IMG/VR virus record: IMGVR_UViG_2675903043_000002
Coordinates: 35,347-99,346 of that record
DNA from: a virus
Lineage: Duplodnaviria; Caudoviricetes
Length of the DNA stretch: 64,000 nucleotides
Strand: one strand, 5' to 3'
Shown here: piece by piece, positions 28,901-37,650 of the stretch
Layout: every line of letters starts with the position of its first letter
Numbering within the stretch: position 1 is the stretch's first letter
Position numbers and translations under genes: made by a program
Notes under the pieces: generated by a model
Told to the model about the DNA's origin: nothing
Database searches by the model: none
Seen by the model: the letters and a program-made list of their open reading frames with translations, nothing else

Positions 28901-30242
28901 GAGCATCAAATGGCATCTTGCGATACAGGCTGGCGACCGGTTCACCATCCTCATTGGCCAGCTGTAATAGCTCTTTGCACCGCGCGGGTGCGGCATCAAG
29001 TGCTACAGGCAGTTGGCCGTACAGCAGCGACTGCGCGACGGCACGCAGATCGTGATCACCAGTCTTGATGCCCTCGATAGCGTGCTTGTCCAGCACATGC
29101 TCAGCGACACGGCCAGAGCTCTCAACGACAGCATCGAACAGCACGCCCAAGTCGGTGACTTGCTTGCCCGCTGCTGCGTACTCGGCCAGCACCGCATCCA
29201 TATTGGCCATGACCACGTTGAACCAACCAAAGTTGGCACCGCTCATGGCATAGGCGGCTTCCACCAGCCCCATGGGGTAATCGTGTGCCAACTTGCGCTC
29301 AGCCTTGAGCTGGGCCACATAGTCAGACACATCCGCAAACGCGTTGTGTTCCAACTCCACCAGCTCAAAACGGCGTGCGACTGATTGAATCTCGCGCAAC
29401 TGCTGGCCCAGTAAGGGCGAGCACAAGGCCACATAACGCAGCCAAGGCAGCTTGCGTCGCGGGTCCTCTTCCTTGATGGCCTTACCGATTAGGCGGATGG
29501 CCTGGCCGTCCAGTCGCTTGGCATCGTCTTGCTCCAGACCAAAGGTGGCCGCCTCGGCCACGGTTTCCAGCTCGTCCAACACCACCAGCACATAGCCGAT
29601 GCCAATCTTTTGTAAATAGCTGTAGGCGGCCTGCACCAAGCGCACCACCAAACCCTCTTCTTCGTAGAGAGCCCCCTCAGAGTGAGCCTGATCCAACTCC
29701 AGGCATTGCGTCAGGTGCTTGGGATCAAAACCCGCCGGATTCAAACGATGCAGCGCCTGCTCGGCAATCTTGCTTTGGATCGAACCATCAAACTTGCCCG
29801 TCGCCAGCGGCAACAGTGCCCTGTAAAGCCCAAAGCCAAACCAGTTGTCCGAGTTCTGGTAGTCGGAGGCAACTTGCGAATAGCGGATGTACAGTGCCAA
29901 GTACTTATCTTGCGTAGCCTGATCAAACAGCTTTTTGTCTTCCAGCTGCCCGCCGTCTTCGCGCACAAACCAGCCTTTGGAGCAATCGTTGATCTGGGCG
30001 ATCAACTCATGGCCCAGGCGCGATTTACCGCGCCCCCATTCCGCCTCGACCGCAAACACATGGGCAAAGTTGTCCGCATCCTGATCCACGGTGTGGATGA
30101 AGGTGCGGTAGCGCTTGAAGAAGCGGCTCTGGCCAACCAGCGGGTCACGCGGGGGATAGTCGGAAACACCGGTGGCCGCCCAACTGTGGCGACGGGCCAA
30201 GCCGGCAATATCGGCGGCGGTAAGCTGATCGTTTTTATTCAT
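25956..30242 (-). CDS. Large P-loop ATPase (~1428 aa) with helical/coiled-coil C-terminus
   Basis: Likely start ATG 30242 (ATGA overlap); Walker A AEWGRGKS, Walker B VLVVLDELE. Confidence 0.85.
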   Translation of the reverse strand: MNKNDQLTAADIAGLARRHSWAATGVSDYPPRDPLVGQSRFFKRYRTFIHTVDQDADNFAHVFAVEAEWGRGKSRLGHELIAQINDCSKGWFVREDGGQLEDKKLFDQATQDKYLALYIRYSQVASDYQNSDNWFGFGLYRALLPLATGKFDGSIQSKIAEQALHRLNPAGFDPKHLTQCLELDQAHSEGALYEEEGLVVRLVQAAYSYLQKIGIGYVLVVLDELETVAEAATFGLEQDDAKRLDGQAIRLIGKAIKEEDPRRKLPWLRYVALCSPLLGQQLREIQSVARRFELVELEHNAFADVSDYVAQLKAERKLAHDYPMGLVEAAYAMSGANFGWFNVVMANMDAVLAEYAAAGKQVTDLGVLFDAVVESSGRVAEHVLDKHAIEGIKTGDHDLRAVAQSLLYGQLPVALDAAPARCKELLQLANEDGEPVASLYRKMPFDALQCRQALEEAKFKRERDEWLYPAVEQALSLSALLQNLRTFAINEAEKDVLLLPLSRGEFKHLLSLLYDHPAVEFAADALWQKLIGSDQFVPDEEATHIGPSVAMLLRLDLRYRNQQHNSMIFRDPADADVHEAAMKTFLQASSHNPCLRWTARLMGLMRLLDKNWQYAQPSLSNKENLCIQASSRGQGTGQRGGLLYCEGLKLHPDNLAWFAWVNNRDELDRLHQLAATRHTNEGRFPVMAFTASTHLMEQYNRGDVSEKLKDDLLLYYLNPSEVDQLERIGLTPEQCKGFSLDEARLTSKFKNKLNALRDFAYQAIHQWRARLNERGLIAWPLRPTGKINTQDRDLLLQAWTLFVFKKPTLSGLNDLETRHGIDAEEIASLMQRLALPSKLLSLGFAKEEHAGLFADLANPQQAQAKFPYFLARIANPVSTQEWTLEKAKRGWYWGYLQHASVTAKNVFDDWMWWCGELHLLQLQDATATTAKWQSLPRAKLDNAINEAQNWFNGNSADGYKAVVAKLERVFGYDRIPGLFAPLGKSPTGTETVEAHELIKAARSAFDALKVNEEALALQGADALAAITDKMPALLAGRFEVLQRVAGVKPEQVPEITLGNINTLRLDDKSLSLYQRIEQARLFADYVEKAASQIKQGINHLITDIEADAQNLDMFPRSLFTLSLQTVNNILDGALQQRNESDTATAEGTASSDTLLHYLRSLQLDKAADRLRLLAEEAGVNIDNGTALGLTENLGHIASSYRVGKKKFVEITGYLAELKARCAEAARVLEPMPAGYTTPEHTQELAALAQKLVLIGDAFEDLADLAKSEREKFREQARKGQFSAIRGIPDRLLNPIHSQLHSVGGAISKVENTILSHRETLVSQTNERYLPVLTPLFGACNETVPAAINLASVSALSLHDLQITIDMQQSQWENKANQLLSGTGLDFASWQDLATAIAEGKNPALSPPAQEALVAKGILRMKLYFGGNA

Positions 30243-31564
30243 GCAATGCCCCCTCCCTGAACCACGTACTCCGCCTCCGGTTCGCGGACGGAACGATGTT
30301 GATAGACTTGTTTGTGCTCCTGATACAGCGCCTCGGCAGAGAGGCGTGCGGCCTGCCACAGCAACTTTCCCGTGCGGTTGAACACGCGGCTCGCGGGCAG
30401 GCTGTAACACTGATCAGAGAACTGCGGATGAATCTGGTACTGGCCCAGTTGGCTGCTGGCCCCGTCCTGATAACGCCAGACCGAGTGCTTGAGCAACAAG
30501 CCCACCAGCGGCGACAGTTGCGCATTCAATTCTGCAGCTGTGGGCTGCTGCGGAAAGCAGGCCACGCCCAGCCTTGCCAGCATGCCCAGCAGCAGATCCG
30601 CCAGAGTGCCACAGTGTACCTCGTCGCCTTCTGCGCCGATCACCGTGACGGCAATTTCAGTGGGCGCAAAAGCATTCTGGCCTGCAGGCAGTTCCAGCAG
30701 CAAACCGCCCCGGTTTTCTGCCCGCCATGCATCCTGCGCAAATGCCAGCATGGCCAGCAGCAGCGCCCAAGGCTGGGCCAACACCCAAGGCATTACGGTC
30801 TGGCCTTCGGTGATGGCGGGCGTTATGCCACCCTGCAAGAGCACTTGTTCGGCGGCTTTTGTGATTGCGTTTGCAGACTTTTGATCGTGCGTGGCGGCCT
30901 CAACCACAAAGGGCAAGGCCAACAGTCGCCCCTTGACCCAGTTCTGCTGCGCATCGACGCCACTGGCGTCCACCTTGGGCAAGGGGGGTAGTGCATCCTG
31001 AAACGCTGCCAACTGGGCGGCGACAAACAGAATGCGCACCAGCGCAGGCGTTGCTGCCGCCTGCTCAAAGCTTACCCCCAGCAATTCCCGTTCAATCGCA
31101 GCGTAGGAGCTGGCAGCAAGTGCGCTACTTTCCAAGGCTGCTTCCACCCACGCAGCGGCTGGCCCCAAGCCAGATACCAACTCGACTAGCGGCGCAGAGT
31201 TGTTCCCCTGAGCCGCCATCTGCCCCGCCTCTTTGCAGCGTGCAGCGGCAATCGCCAGCCACGCAACACGCACCTCCGTCTGCCGTGTCAAGAGGGCACA
31301 AAGCAGCTCGGCGTCAGACACCAAGACAGGACGCACGGCCAATAAACGCTGGCTGATGATCCAGCCCGCGCTGTTGCCTAGGTGATCCAGCGCACCCTTG
31401 CTATCTCCTTGGTCGCCAGCCTCATCCGCCCCAAGCGGGTGGGCCAGGCAGCGCACCAGCACCGCACCATCGCACTCATAGTCCACGGCACCCATAAAGC
31501 CCGTCGTGAGCAAGGCTCGCAAGCGCGGGATCAAGGCAACTAAAGTGGCATGGGGGCTGGCCAT
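30239..31564 (-). CDS. Hypothetical protein of the defense-like operon
   Basis: Ala/Leu-rich ~441 aa, coupled at both ends. Confidence 0.75.
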   Translation of the reverse strand: MASPHATLVALIPRLRALLTTGFMGAVDYECDGAVLVRCLAHPLGADEAGDQGDSKGALDHLGNSAGWIISQRLLAVRPVLVSDAELLCALLTRQTEVRVAWLAIAAARCKEAGQMAAQGNNSAPLVELVSGLGPAAAWVEAALESSALAASSYAAIERELLGVSFEQAAATPALVRILFVAAQLAAFQDALPPLPKVDASGVDAQQNWVKGRLLALPFVVEAATHDQKSANAITKAAEQVLLQGGITPAITEGQTVMPWVLAQPWALLLAMLAFAQDAWRAENRGGLLLELPAGQNAFAPTEIAVTVIGAEGDEVHCGTLADLLLGMLARLGVACFPQQPTAAELNAQLSPLVGLLLKHSVWRYQDGASSQLGQYQIHPQFSDQCYSLPASRVFNRTGKLLWQAARLSAEALYQEHKQVYQHRSVREPEAEYVVQGGGIA

Positions 31565-33084
31565 CAATCCCCCTCGGCTTGCGTCAGCAAGTGGTAAAGC
31601 TCATCCAGGTCGCCAAACAGCGCTGCCCCTTGGCCATCAATGCCATCGGTCTTCAGGCGATTCAGGATGCGGCGATCGAGCTGATCGTTACTCGCTTGTA
31701 GTGCTTGCTCGGCCGCGATCAGCTCGGCTTCAGTGATAAGGCCTTCGATCAGGGCTTCGACAAGGTATTTGGCTGTTGTCGTTAACGATTTCGATGCACG
31801 AATTGCGCTTTCTTGCTCGGTAACCAAAGCCAGAATCTGTTCCTTTGCATCCAGAACAAATTGAGGAATCGGTAATGCGAGAAGCTCATCCTGCCCAATC
31901 TGGGGCTGAACAGCGCCGTAGCTGATCTTGTGTTGCAGGACTTTTCCGGCGGTTGAACACAAGTACGCAGCGACAGCCGCTGCATCCGCTTCGTCCGGAA
32001 ATTCCAGACGGATCAAATGACTGCTAATTACTGCGCCTCGGTCTCGCTCATCTACTTTGATCGCGGTACCAATTGAGCCAGTACGAACAACCAGCGCGCA
32101 ACGCTCGTGAATGATTGCCTTGTCGGGGACTTCCGTCGTATGAGAAATTTTGGGGGCGGACGACATATCCATGCGACCCGACGAAACCTCGGTAACAGTG
32201 ATGTAGTTACGCCCAGTATTAAAAAAGACTCGCTCCTCAATCCCGTTTGCGATTCCTTTAACCAGACTAGACAGCGGCTTACCAAGCGCTTTTGCTTGCC
32301 GGAAAACGGCAACCGCGCGATTGCCGTAATACTTTGGATCAAGCCTGTGACTGAGGTCGTCCAGCTGTGGGCGGTTGTGCAGTTTTTCAGTCGTTGCACA
32401 TGCGGACTTCATTGCCTCATTTGAGGCCAGTGACTCTACCTCCGCTCCTCGCACCTTCCCCCAAGCCCGCAGCCGCTCAGCTTGGCGGACTTTGTCGCCG
32501 ATGAATTTTTGCACATCGGAATTAGCTACAAATAGAGGAATGGAATAAAGCGCATCCTTGGCTATGTAGTTGATGATTGTGTTGCTTGTGAGTCGATTTT
32601 TCAGTACCTGACCATGCTTTGATCTCAAAAATGCCAGCACGTAACGTGAATTCGTATCGGCATTGAAAGATGCTTTGTAAAGCGAGCCACTAACCATCAG
32701 GTATTTGGGAAATATCTCCGGAACAACGCCAACCTTTGAGACATTGCCCTTTACCTCTATCAGCAACTCACCTGCTACAGCCAATCCTTTTGGATAGTCG
32801 TCTTTGTAGTAAAGCGGCAATTTATCGACGGAGCTGAAATCGATGCTCCCTTGATCATCGATTTGTGTTGGAGAGAGGAATGGCAAGAGTTTCTCTTCGG
32901 CAATGCCATTTATGGAATCGGTGCCGTGATAAACCACGCGATATCCGTCAGCAATAAGCTGTCCGAGTCGCTTTGTTTTTCCAAGTCCATCAATTTTTTG
33001 CACTGTTTTCAGCGCTTCCGGGTTGTAGAACTCGGCATCGAGCCGGTCTTCAAGTTGCGAGTGGATGCGCACGGTATACATCAC
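31564..33084 (-). CDS. Type I HsdS-like specificity subunit
   Basis: Two TRD-like halves, each opened by RLD(A/P)(E/K)(F/Y)Y; YGAVQPQIGQDELLALPIP; coiled spacers. Confidence 0.85.
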   Translation of the reverse strand: MMYTVRIHSQLEDRLDAEFYNPEALKTVQKIDGLGKTKRLGQLIADGYRVVYHGTDSINGIAEEKLLPFLSPTQIDDQGSIDFSSVDKLPLYYKDDYPKGLAVAGELLIEVKGNVSKVGVVPEIFPKYLMVSGSLYKASFNADTNSRYVLAFLRSKHGQVLKNRLTSNTIINYIAKDALYSIPLFVANSDVQKFIGDKVRQAERLRAWGKVRGAEVESLASNEAMKSACATTEKLHNRPQLDDLSHRLDPKYYGNRAVAVFRQAKALGKPLSSLVKGIANGIEERVFFNTGRNYITVTEVSSGRMDMSSAPKISHTTEVPDKAIIHERCALVVRTGSIGTAIKVDERDRGAVISSHLIRLEFPDEADAAAVAAYLCSTAGKVLQHKISYGAVQPQIGQDELLALPIPQFVLDAKEQILALVTEQESAIRASKSLTTTAKYLVEALIEGLITEAELIAAEQALQASNDQLDRRILNRLKTDGIDGQGAALFGDLDELYHLLTQAEGD

Positions 33085-35207
33085 TCACCCCGCTTATAAG
33101 CGCCAACAATCTTGTCGAGATCATTCGGCACGCCAGTCGAGTAGTCCTCGATATTGTTTTTCACCACATAGCCCAGCGTTTCTGCCACCGCCATGAATAC
33201 ATCACCTTGTGGCTCAGGCAAGAACTGCTCGGGGTGCTCTTTGCTGGCATGGCGTTTTTGCAGATACAGCACCGAGGTCTTGGCCCCGGTGCCAGAGAGC
33301 TTGAAGGTGTTCGCCGGTAGCGACAGCACCGCCTTGACGATGGCCTTGCCGCCGACAAACTGGCCGGTTTTTTCGTCTTTGCTGCCCATGATGTATTCGC
33401 GCACATAGCGGTCGCCGGAGTTACACAGCACACCATCGGGCAACACAATCAGCAAACGGCCACCGGGGCGCAGCAGTTGCAGGCAGCGGTCAATAAACAG
33501 TACGGCCGGGTCAATGGTGGCACCTACCGGCTTCCAGTTGCTTTTGCCATCGGGCTTGCTGCCCAAGGCCAGGCCACTGGTGGTGGGGAACAGGTTGTAG
33601 ACCGCCTTTTTGCCGGTGGAAACATTGCGCAAATCGGTGCGGTAGCCTGGCCACTTGGGCGCGCCATCTTCGTCCAGGTATAGATCGCCAGTGTCTTCCC
33701 ACTTCATTTTAAGGTAGTCGTAATAGGCCACGTACTCATCGACTACTTTTTCCGTGGGGCGGAAGCCGCCGAGCACTTGCTCCATCTGGGCTTCGTAGCG
33801 CTCTTTGGATTCCTTGCCTTTCTTGTCGCTGGTGAACTTGGGCGTACCAAACGGCGGGTTGGTGCAGATAAGGTCAAAGCTGTTCGGCTTGAACGCCTTG
33901 GTAGTGAGCGAGTTGTCCGTATAGAAAATTTTGGCCTTGGGCGCGCCTTGCAGGGCCATGTTGACGCGGGCCAGCATCACCATGCGCGGGGCCGTGTCGG
34001 CACCGGTGAAGGCGGTGTCGCGCAGGGTTTGCTTGAGCGCTTTCTTCTGCGCATCGCTCATGCCGCCCAGGTGATCGACCACATTCTCGATATGGCTGAG
34101 CGCGACTGAGCCAAAACCAAATGAACCACAGGTAGGGTCGCAAAAGCGGAAGGCACCAGAAGTCAGCCTTTCCATAGCGGCGTTGTCTTGCTGGATGTCG
34201 TGAATGGCGATTTCCAGCATGGCCTGCTTGACCGGGTTGGGCGTGAGGTACACACCCAGGCCGCCTTTGGATTCAAAGTTGGCGCGCAGGAACACATCGA
34301 ACACCCGGCCCAGCAAATCGCCCGCCACATCGGCCAAAGTGCCGACTTCTTTACCGGCGATCATGCGCCCTTGGTTGTCAGTCACTGGCCCAAGGTCTTG
34401 CATCGCCTCTAGCAAGGTGCGGTAGTTTTCCGGCTGAGTTAAGCGCAGGTGTGAATCGCTTGGGAAGATGGCATTGCGGGTACCGTCGTCGCTGACCACC
34501 ACATAATCTTCGTGCGCTTTGAAGGCTTCGAATGCGGCCTTGATTTGCTCCACAGCCTTGGCACCGTGCTTGGCCACATAGTGATGGTCAAACACCTCGC
34601 GAAAGCGCTGGGTCTTGCCTTCGTGGTCAGTAAAGCTGAGTTCAATGCCGTGATGGACACGGAAGGTTTCCAGGAACAGCAGCTTGGCCACTTCCTCGAT
34701 GATGTCGTTCTTGTCGTTGACGCGATCTTTGACAGTCTGAAAAACCTGCTCGTGGAAGGCGTCAAAGCGGTGCATCAAGCGGGTGTAGATACGCATCGAC
34801 CAGCGGAAGGTCGGGTCTTTTTCCAGCTTTTCGTAGTTGCGGATCAGCTCGATGGAAGGCACTTCATCCACCGAATGGGTGCCGTCACTGCCATCGACAC
34901 CAAACAGGCTATAGCAGCGGGTATTTTTGTCATCTTGAAGATGGGCAAATACGGGCCAATCCCCGCTGACGCTGGCGAGCAGTTCATAAGCCAGTTGATC
35001 CAGCTTGTCTTCGCGGGAATAGTCCCAGTGCCCCGGTTCCAGTGCAATCAACAAAACCGATGGGGTCTGATTGCCTTGGTCTTCCCCCCAGATCAGCCCG
35101 GCTTTCACGAAGTCATGATCGCTATTGAGCAGAGCGAGTTCGGTGTAGTCGCGGTACTTACTGCGAATTTCTTGGTAGCGTTGATCCAACGTTTGTTCGG
35201 TTGCCAT
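33081..35207 (-). CDS. N6-adenine DNA methyltransferase (HsdM-like)
   Basis: GVYLTP, FCDPTCGSFGF (motif I), CTNPPFG (motif IV), LLRPGGRLLIVLPDG. Confidence 0.93.
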   Translation of the reverse strand: MATEQTLDQRYQEIRSKYRDYTELALLNSDHDFVKAGLIWGEDQGNQTPSVLLIALEPGHWDYSREDKLDQLAYELLASVSGDWPVFAHLQDDKNTRCYSLFGVDGSDGTHSVDEVPSIELIRNYEKLEKDPTFRWSMRIYTRLMHRFDAFHEQVFQTVKDRVNDKNDIIEEVAKLLFLETFRVHHGIELSFTDHEGKTQRFREVFDHHYVAKHGAKAVEQIKAAFEAFKAHEDYVVVSDDGTRNAIFPSDSHLRLTQPENYRTLLEAMQDLGPVTDNQGRMIAGKEVGTLADVAGDLLGRVFDVFLRANFESKGGLGVYLTPNPVKQAMLEIAIHDIQQDNAAMERLTSGAFRFCDPTCGSFGFGSVALSHIENVVDHLGGMSDAQKKALKQTLRDTAFTGADTAPRMVMLARVNMALQGAPKAKIFYTDNSLTTKAFKPNSFDLICTNPPFGTPKFTSDKKGKESKERYEAQMEQVLGGFRPTEKVVDEYVAYYDYLKMKWEDTGDLYLDEDGAPKWPGYRTDLRNVSTGKKAVYNLFPTTSGLALGSKPDGKSNWKPVGATIDPAVLFIDRCLQLLRPGGRLLIVLPDGVLCNSGDRYVREYIMGSKDEKTGQFVGGKAIVKAVLSLPANTFKLSGTGAKTSVLYLQKRHASKEHPEQFLPEPQGDVFMAVAETLGYVVKNNIEDYSTGVPNDLDKIVGAYKRGE

Positions 35208-35234
35208 GAGTTCGTGTATCCGGTTCTTATTCGT

Positions 35235-35633
35235 TTAAGCCAACTTCAGCAGTGGACCTTTCAATTCGAGCCGCGCATCCTGCCCGGCCGCACTGCGCAG
35301 CATGGGTTCGGTTACCACCATGCCAGCCGGCAGTTTGATGATGAGTTGCGCCAAGGGCATGGGTCGGCCAGTCTTTTGCAGCAGCGCCACCAATTCGTCA
35401 GCCAGGCTGGATGTTGCTTGGCCTCGCTCTTCATTCAGTGCCCAGGCTGCTTCACCGCTGGGTAATTCACAGCGCAGCAAGGCCGGCGTGCAGGCCAGCC
35501 ATAGACTCAGCTGCGCGAGATTCCAACCCAACTGATGCCATTGCGTGGCATGGTCCGCCCACAACTGATCCAGCGTTATCGGCCCGGTTTTCATGCTGCG
35601 CCGAACGGTGGCCAACACATCAGGTGTATTCAA
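35235..35633 (-). CDS. Small hypothetical protein (possible HTH)
   Basis: TTG start with GGAGG RBS overlapping the upstream stop. Confidence 0.65.
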   Translation of the reverse strand: MNTPDVLATVRRSMKTGPITLDQLWADHATQWHQLGWNLAQLSLWLACTPALLRCELPSGEAAWALNEERGQATSSLADELVALLQKTGRPMPLAQLIIKLPAGMVVTEPMLRSAAGQDARLELKGPLLKLA

Positions 35634-35890
35634 GCTGGCCCTCCGACGGTTGGGTGTGGCATCGGTGCCCGATAACCCGGCGCAAGCGTTGCGTTTGCCA
35701 CGCTATACAAGGCCAACGTATCACAACAGAGTCGATACTCGTGGCCGCGCAGGCTGTGGTATGCCGAGCAGTTGACCCTCCATTTGCGCAGGATATAACC
35801 GGAAGTAACTGCACACAGATTCATCCGCAGCACTCCATCGCGCATCAAGTAGTCCATCTCTGTAATCCTAGATCTGAGCTGATCCTGGCA
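35630..35890 (-). pseudogene. 3' remnant of a WYL-domain regulator (CapW/BrxR-like)
   Basis: ITEMDY.MRDGVLRM...GYILRKW.V.CS..HSLRGHEYRL...LY.V.NA.LAPGY resembles the C-terminal domain of CapW/BrxR; HTH and WYL domains are missing. Confidence 0.7.
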
Positions 35891-36334
35891 AATCACAAAA
35901 AGCTATTCCTGCAGATAATTTATTGTCGATGGGACACTTTTCCTCCAGCCTATTGAAAGTATCTCCAGCAACAAAGAAAACAGATAAAACATGAAATTCA
36001 TCATCTCCACATTTTTTAATATGATATTGTAATGCATGCAGAGCTCATAAATCAAAGAGTCAGAGAAAGACAGTTCTCTCTAAAAAAGCGCAACAAAGGG
36101 CTGTGACGAAGATGCTTTTGGATGGCTTTTGCTTTGGTAGGATTGGGCTTCTCAATTAAATTCATATACTTAATAATCCGGTCCATCAACACAAAAAACC
36201 AACCCATCATGCGATTATTTTTTGTATCTACTGCGCGTTAAATCAGGTTAGGCACTATCTGGCGCTGAACTGAAGCAGATTTAACATTTTCACGACCGCA
36301 TCTATTATGTTATCTATAGTTGAATCTGATGCAA

Positions 36335-37648
36335 TCAGAAAGCATGTGCTATAGGCACATCACTCCATTTCGTCGTATAACAAGGTGACATGATCTTCCG
36401 CCGCATGCTCCAGGTTTTCTGGCTTCCTACATAAAATACCGAAACAGTATTACGTGCATACTTCTGGTTCAACTGATCCAGCACACTCATCAGTCTTGCT
36501 GATTTCTCATCCACGCCATATTGCGTCAGCAATGAGCCCTGGTACAGTGTGGCGGAATCGATACCTGTCAGAATCACCCCTGCTTTCTTGTAAGCATAGC
36601 CTTTCCGGTAAATACGCTTGAGTCCAAATAGCGCTGCTCTGACCAACAAACGCGTATCACTGCTGGCATTGGGTAGGGGTACCGTAATACAGTTACTGTA
36701 TTGCTTATCCTGCTCACGGAAGGGATTGGTTTGGATAAACACCTGGATGGCATGACAGATCGAGTTTTGACTGCGCAATTTTTCTGCCGCGCTGCTCATA
36801 TAGCTCGCAACGGATTCGCTAAGTTCAGGCAAGCTATAAATGAGTTGACCAAATGAGCGTGAGGAAATGATCTGTTTCCGGGGTGCGGATACTTCTTCCA
36901 GTGCCAGACACGAAATACCCTGTAGCTCATAAACCAGGCGTTCCATTACCACGCCGAACCTGGCACGCAACCAGGCGGTTGAGGTATCGCGTAACGCTTT
37001 CACGGTGTGAATACCTACTGCATGCAATTGCTGGCTGATTCTTCGCCCTACTCCCCATACCTCCCCCACTTCGATAACCGATAGCAGCGCATCCATTTGA
37101 CTGGAAGGCATCGCGGCGAGATCACATACACCATTGAATTCTGGCCGCTTCTTGGCGATATGGTTGGCCAGTTTGGCCAATGTCTTGGTGGCACCAAAGC
37201 CCACACAGACCGGCAGGCTGGTCCACTGATGGATACGGCTACGTATCGCCTGACCCATGTCCGTAGCAGTTGGCCAGAGTTTGCCTAACTGCTGCAAACC
37301 CAGGAAACATTCATCGATGGAATAGACCTCGACACAAGGGCTAAAATCACGCAGGATGGTCATCACCCGATCAGACATATCGCCGTAAAGCGTATAGTTA
37401 GATGAGAGCGCAATGATGCCATGCTGTCTTACCAAATCCTTGAGCTGGAACCAGGGCGTACCCATTTTGACGCCGAGCGCCTTGACTTCATTGGAACGAG
37501 CAACCGCACAGCCATCGTTATTGGAGAGTACTACGACCAGTCGATTGATCAGATGCGGATTAAAAGCCCGCTCGCAACTGACGTAAAAATTATTGACGTC
37601 TACCAGAGCGAATAGTTGTCTACTGACGAGAGTGATGTCAGTTGACAT
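36335..37648 (-). CDS. umuC: Y-family DNA polymerase V subunit UmuC
   Basis: ALVDVNNFYVSCE, VLSNNDGC, YSIDECF, TKTLAKLAN, SPCYTT; start at MSTDIT. Confidence 0.95.
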   Translation of the reverse strand: MSTDITLVSRQLFALVDVNNFYVSCERAFNPHLINRLVVVLSNNDGCAVARSNEVKALGVKMGTPWFQLKDLVRQHGIIALSSNYTLYGDMSDRVMTILRDFSPCVEVYSIDECFLGLQQLGKLWPTATDMGQAIRSRIHQWTSLPVCVGFGATKTLAKLANHIAKKRPEFNGVCDLAAMPSSQMDALLSVIEVGEVWGVGRRISQQLHAVGIHTVKALRDTSTAWLRARFGVVMERLVYELQGISCLALEEVSAPRKQIISSRSFGQLIYSLPELSESVASYMSSAAEKLRSQNSICHAIQVFIQTNPFREQDKQYSNCITVPLPNASSDTRLLVRAALFGLKRIYRKGYAYKKAGVILTGIDSATLYQGSLLTQYGVDEKSARLMSVLDQLNQKYARNTVSVFYVGSQKTWSMRRKIMSPCYTTKWSDVPIAHAF

Positions 37649-37650
37649 GA

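Noticed and set aside
25956-35207. Assignment to BREX, Wadjet, DISARM or classical type I RM
   Set aside because: No PglZ; the ATPase has both Walker motifs at the N-terminus (not SMC-like); no SF2 helicase or HsdR motifs
27489-35465. Long plus-strand ORFs (27489-28718, 29682-30260, 30296-30991, 34512-35465)
   Set aside because: Antisense shadows of GC-rich genes with clear motifs on the minus strand
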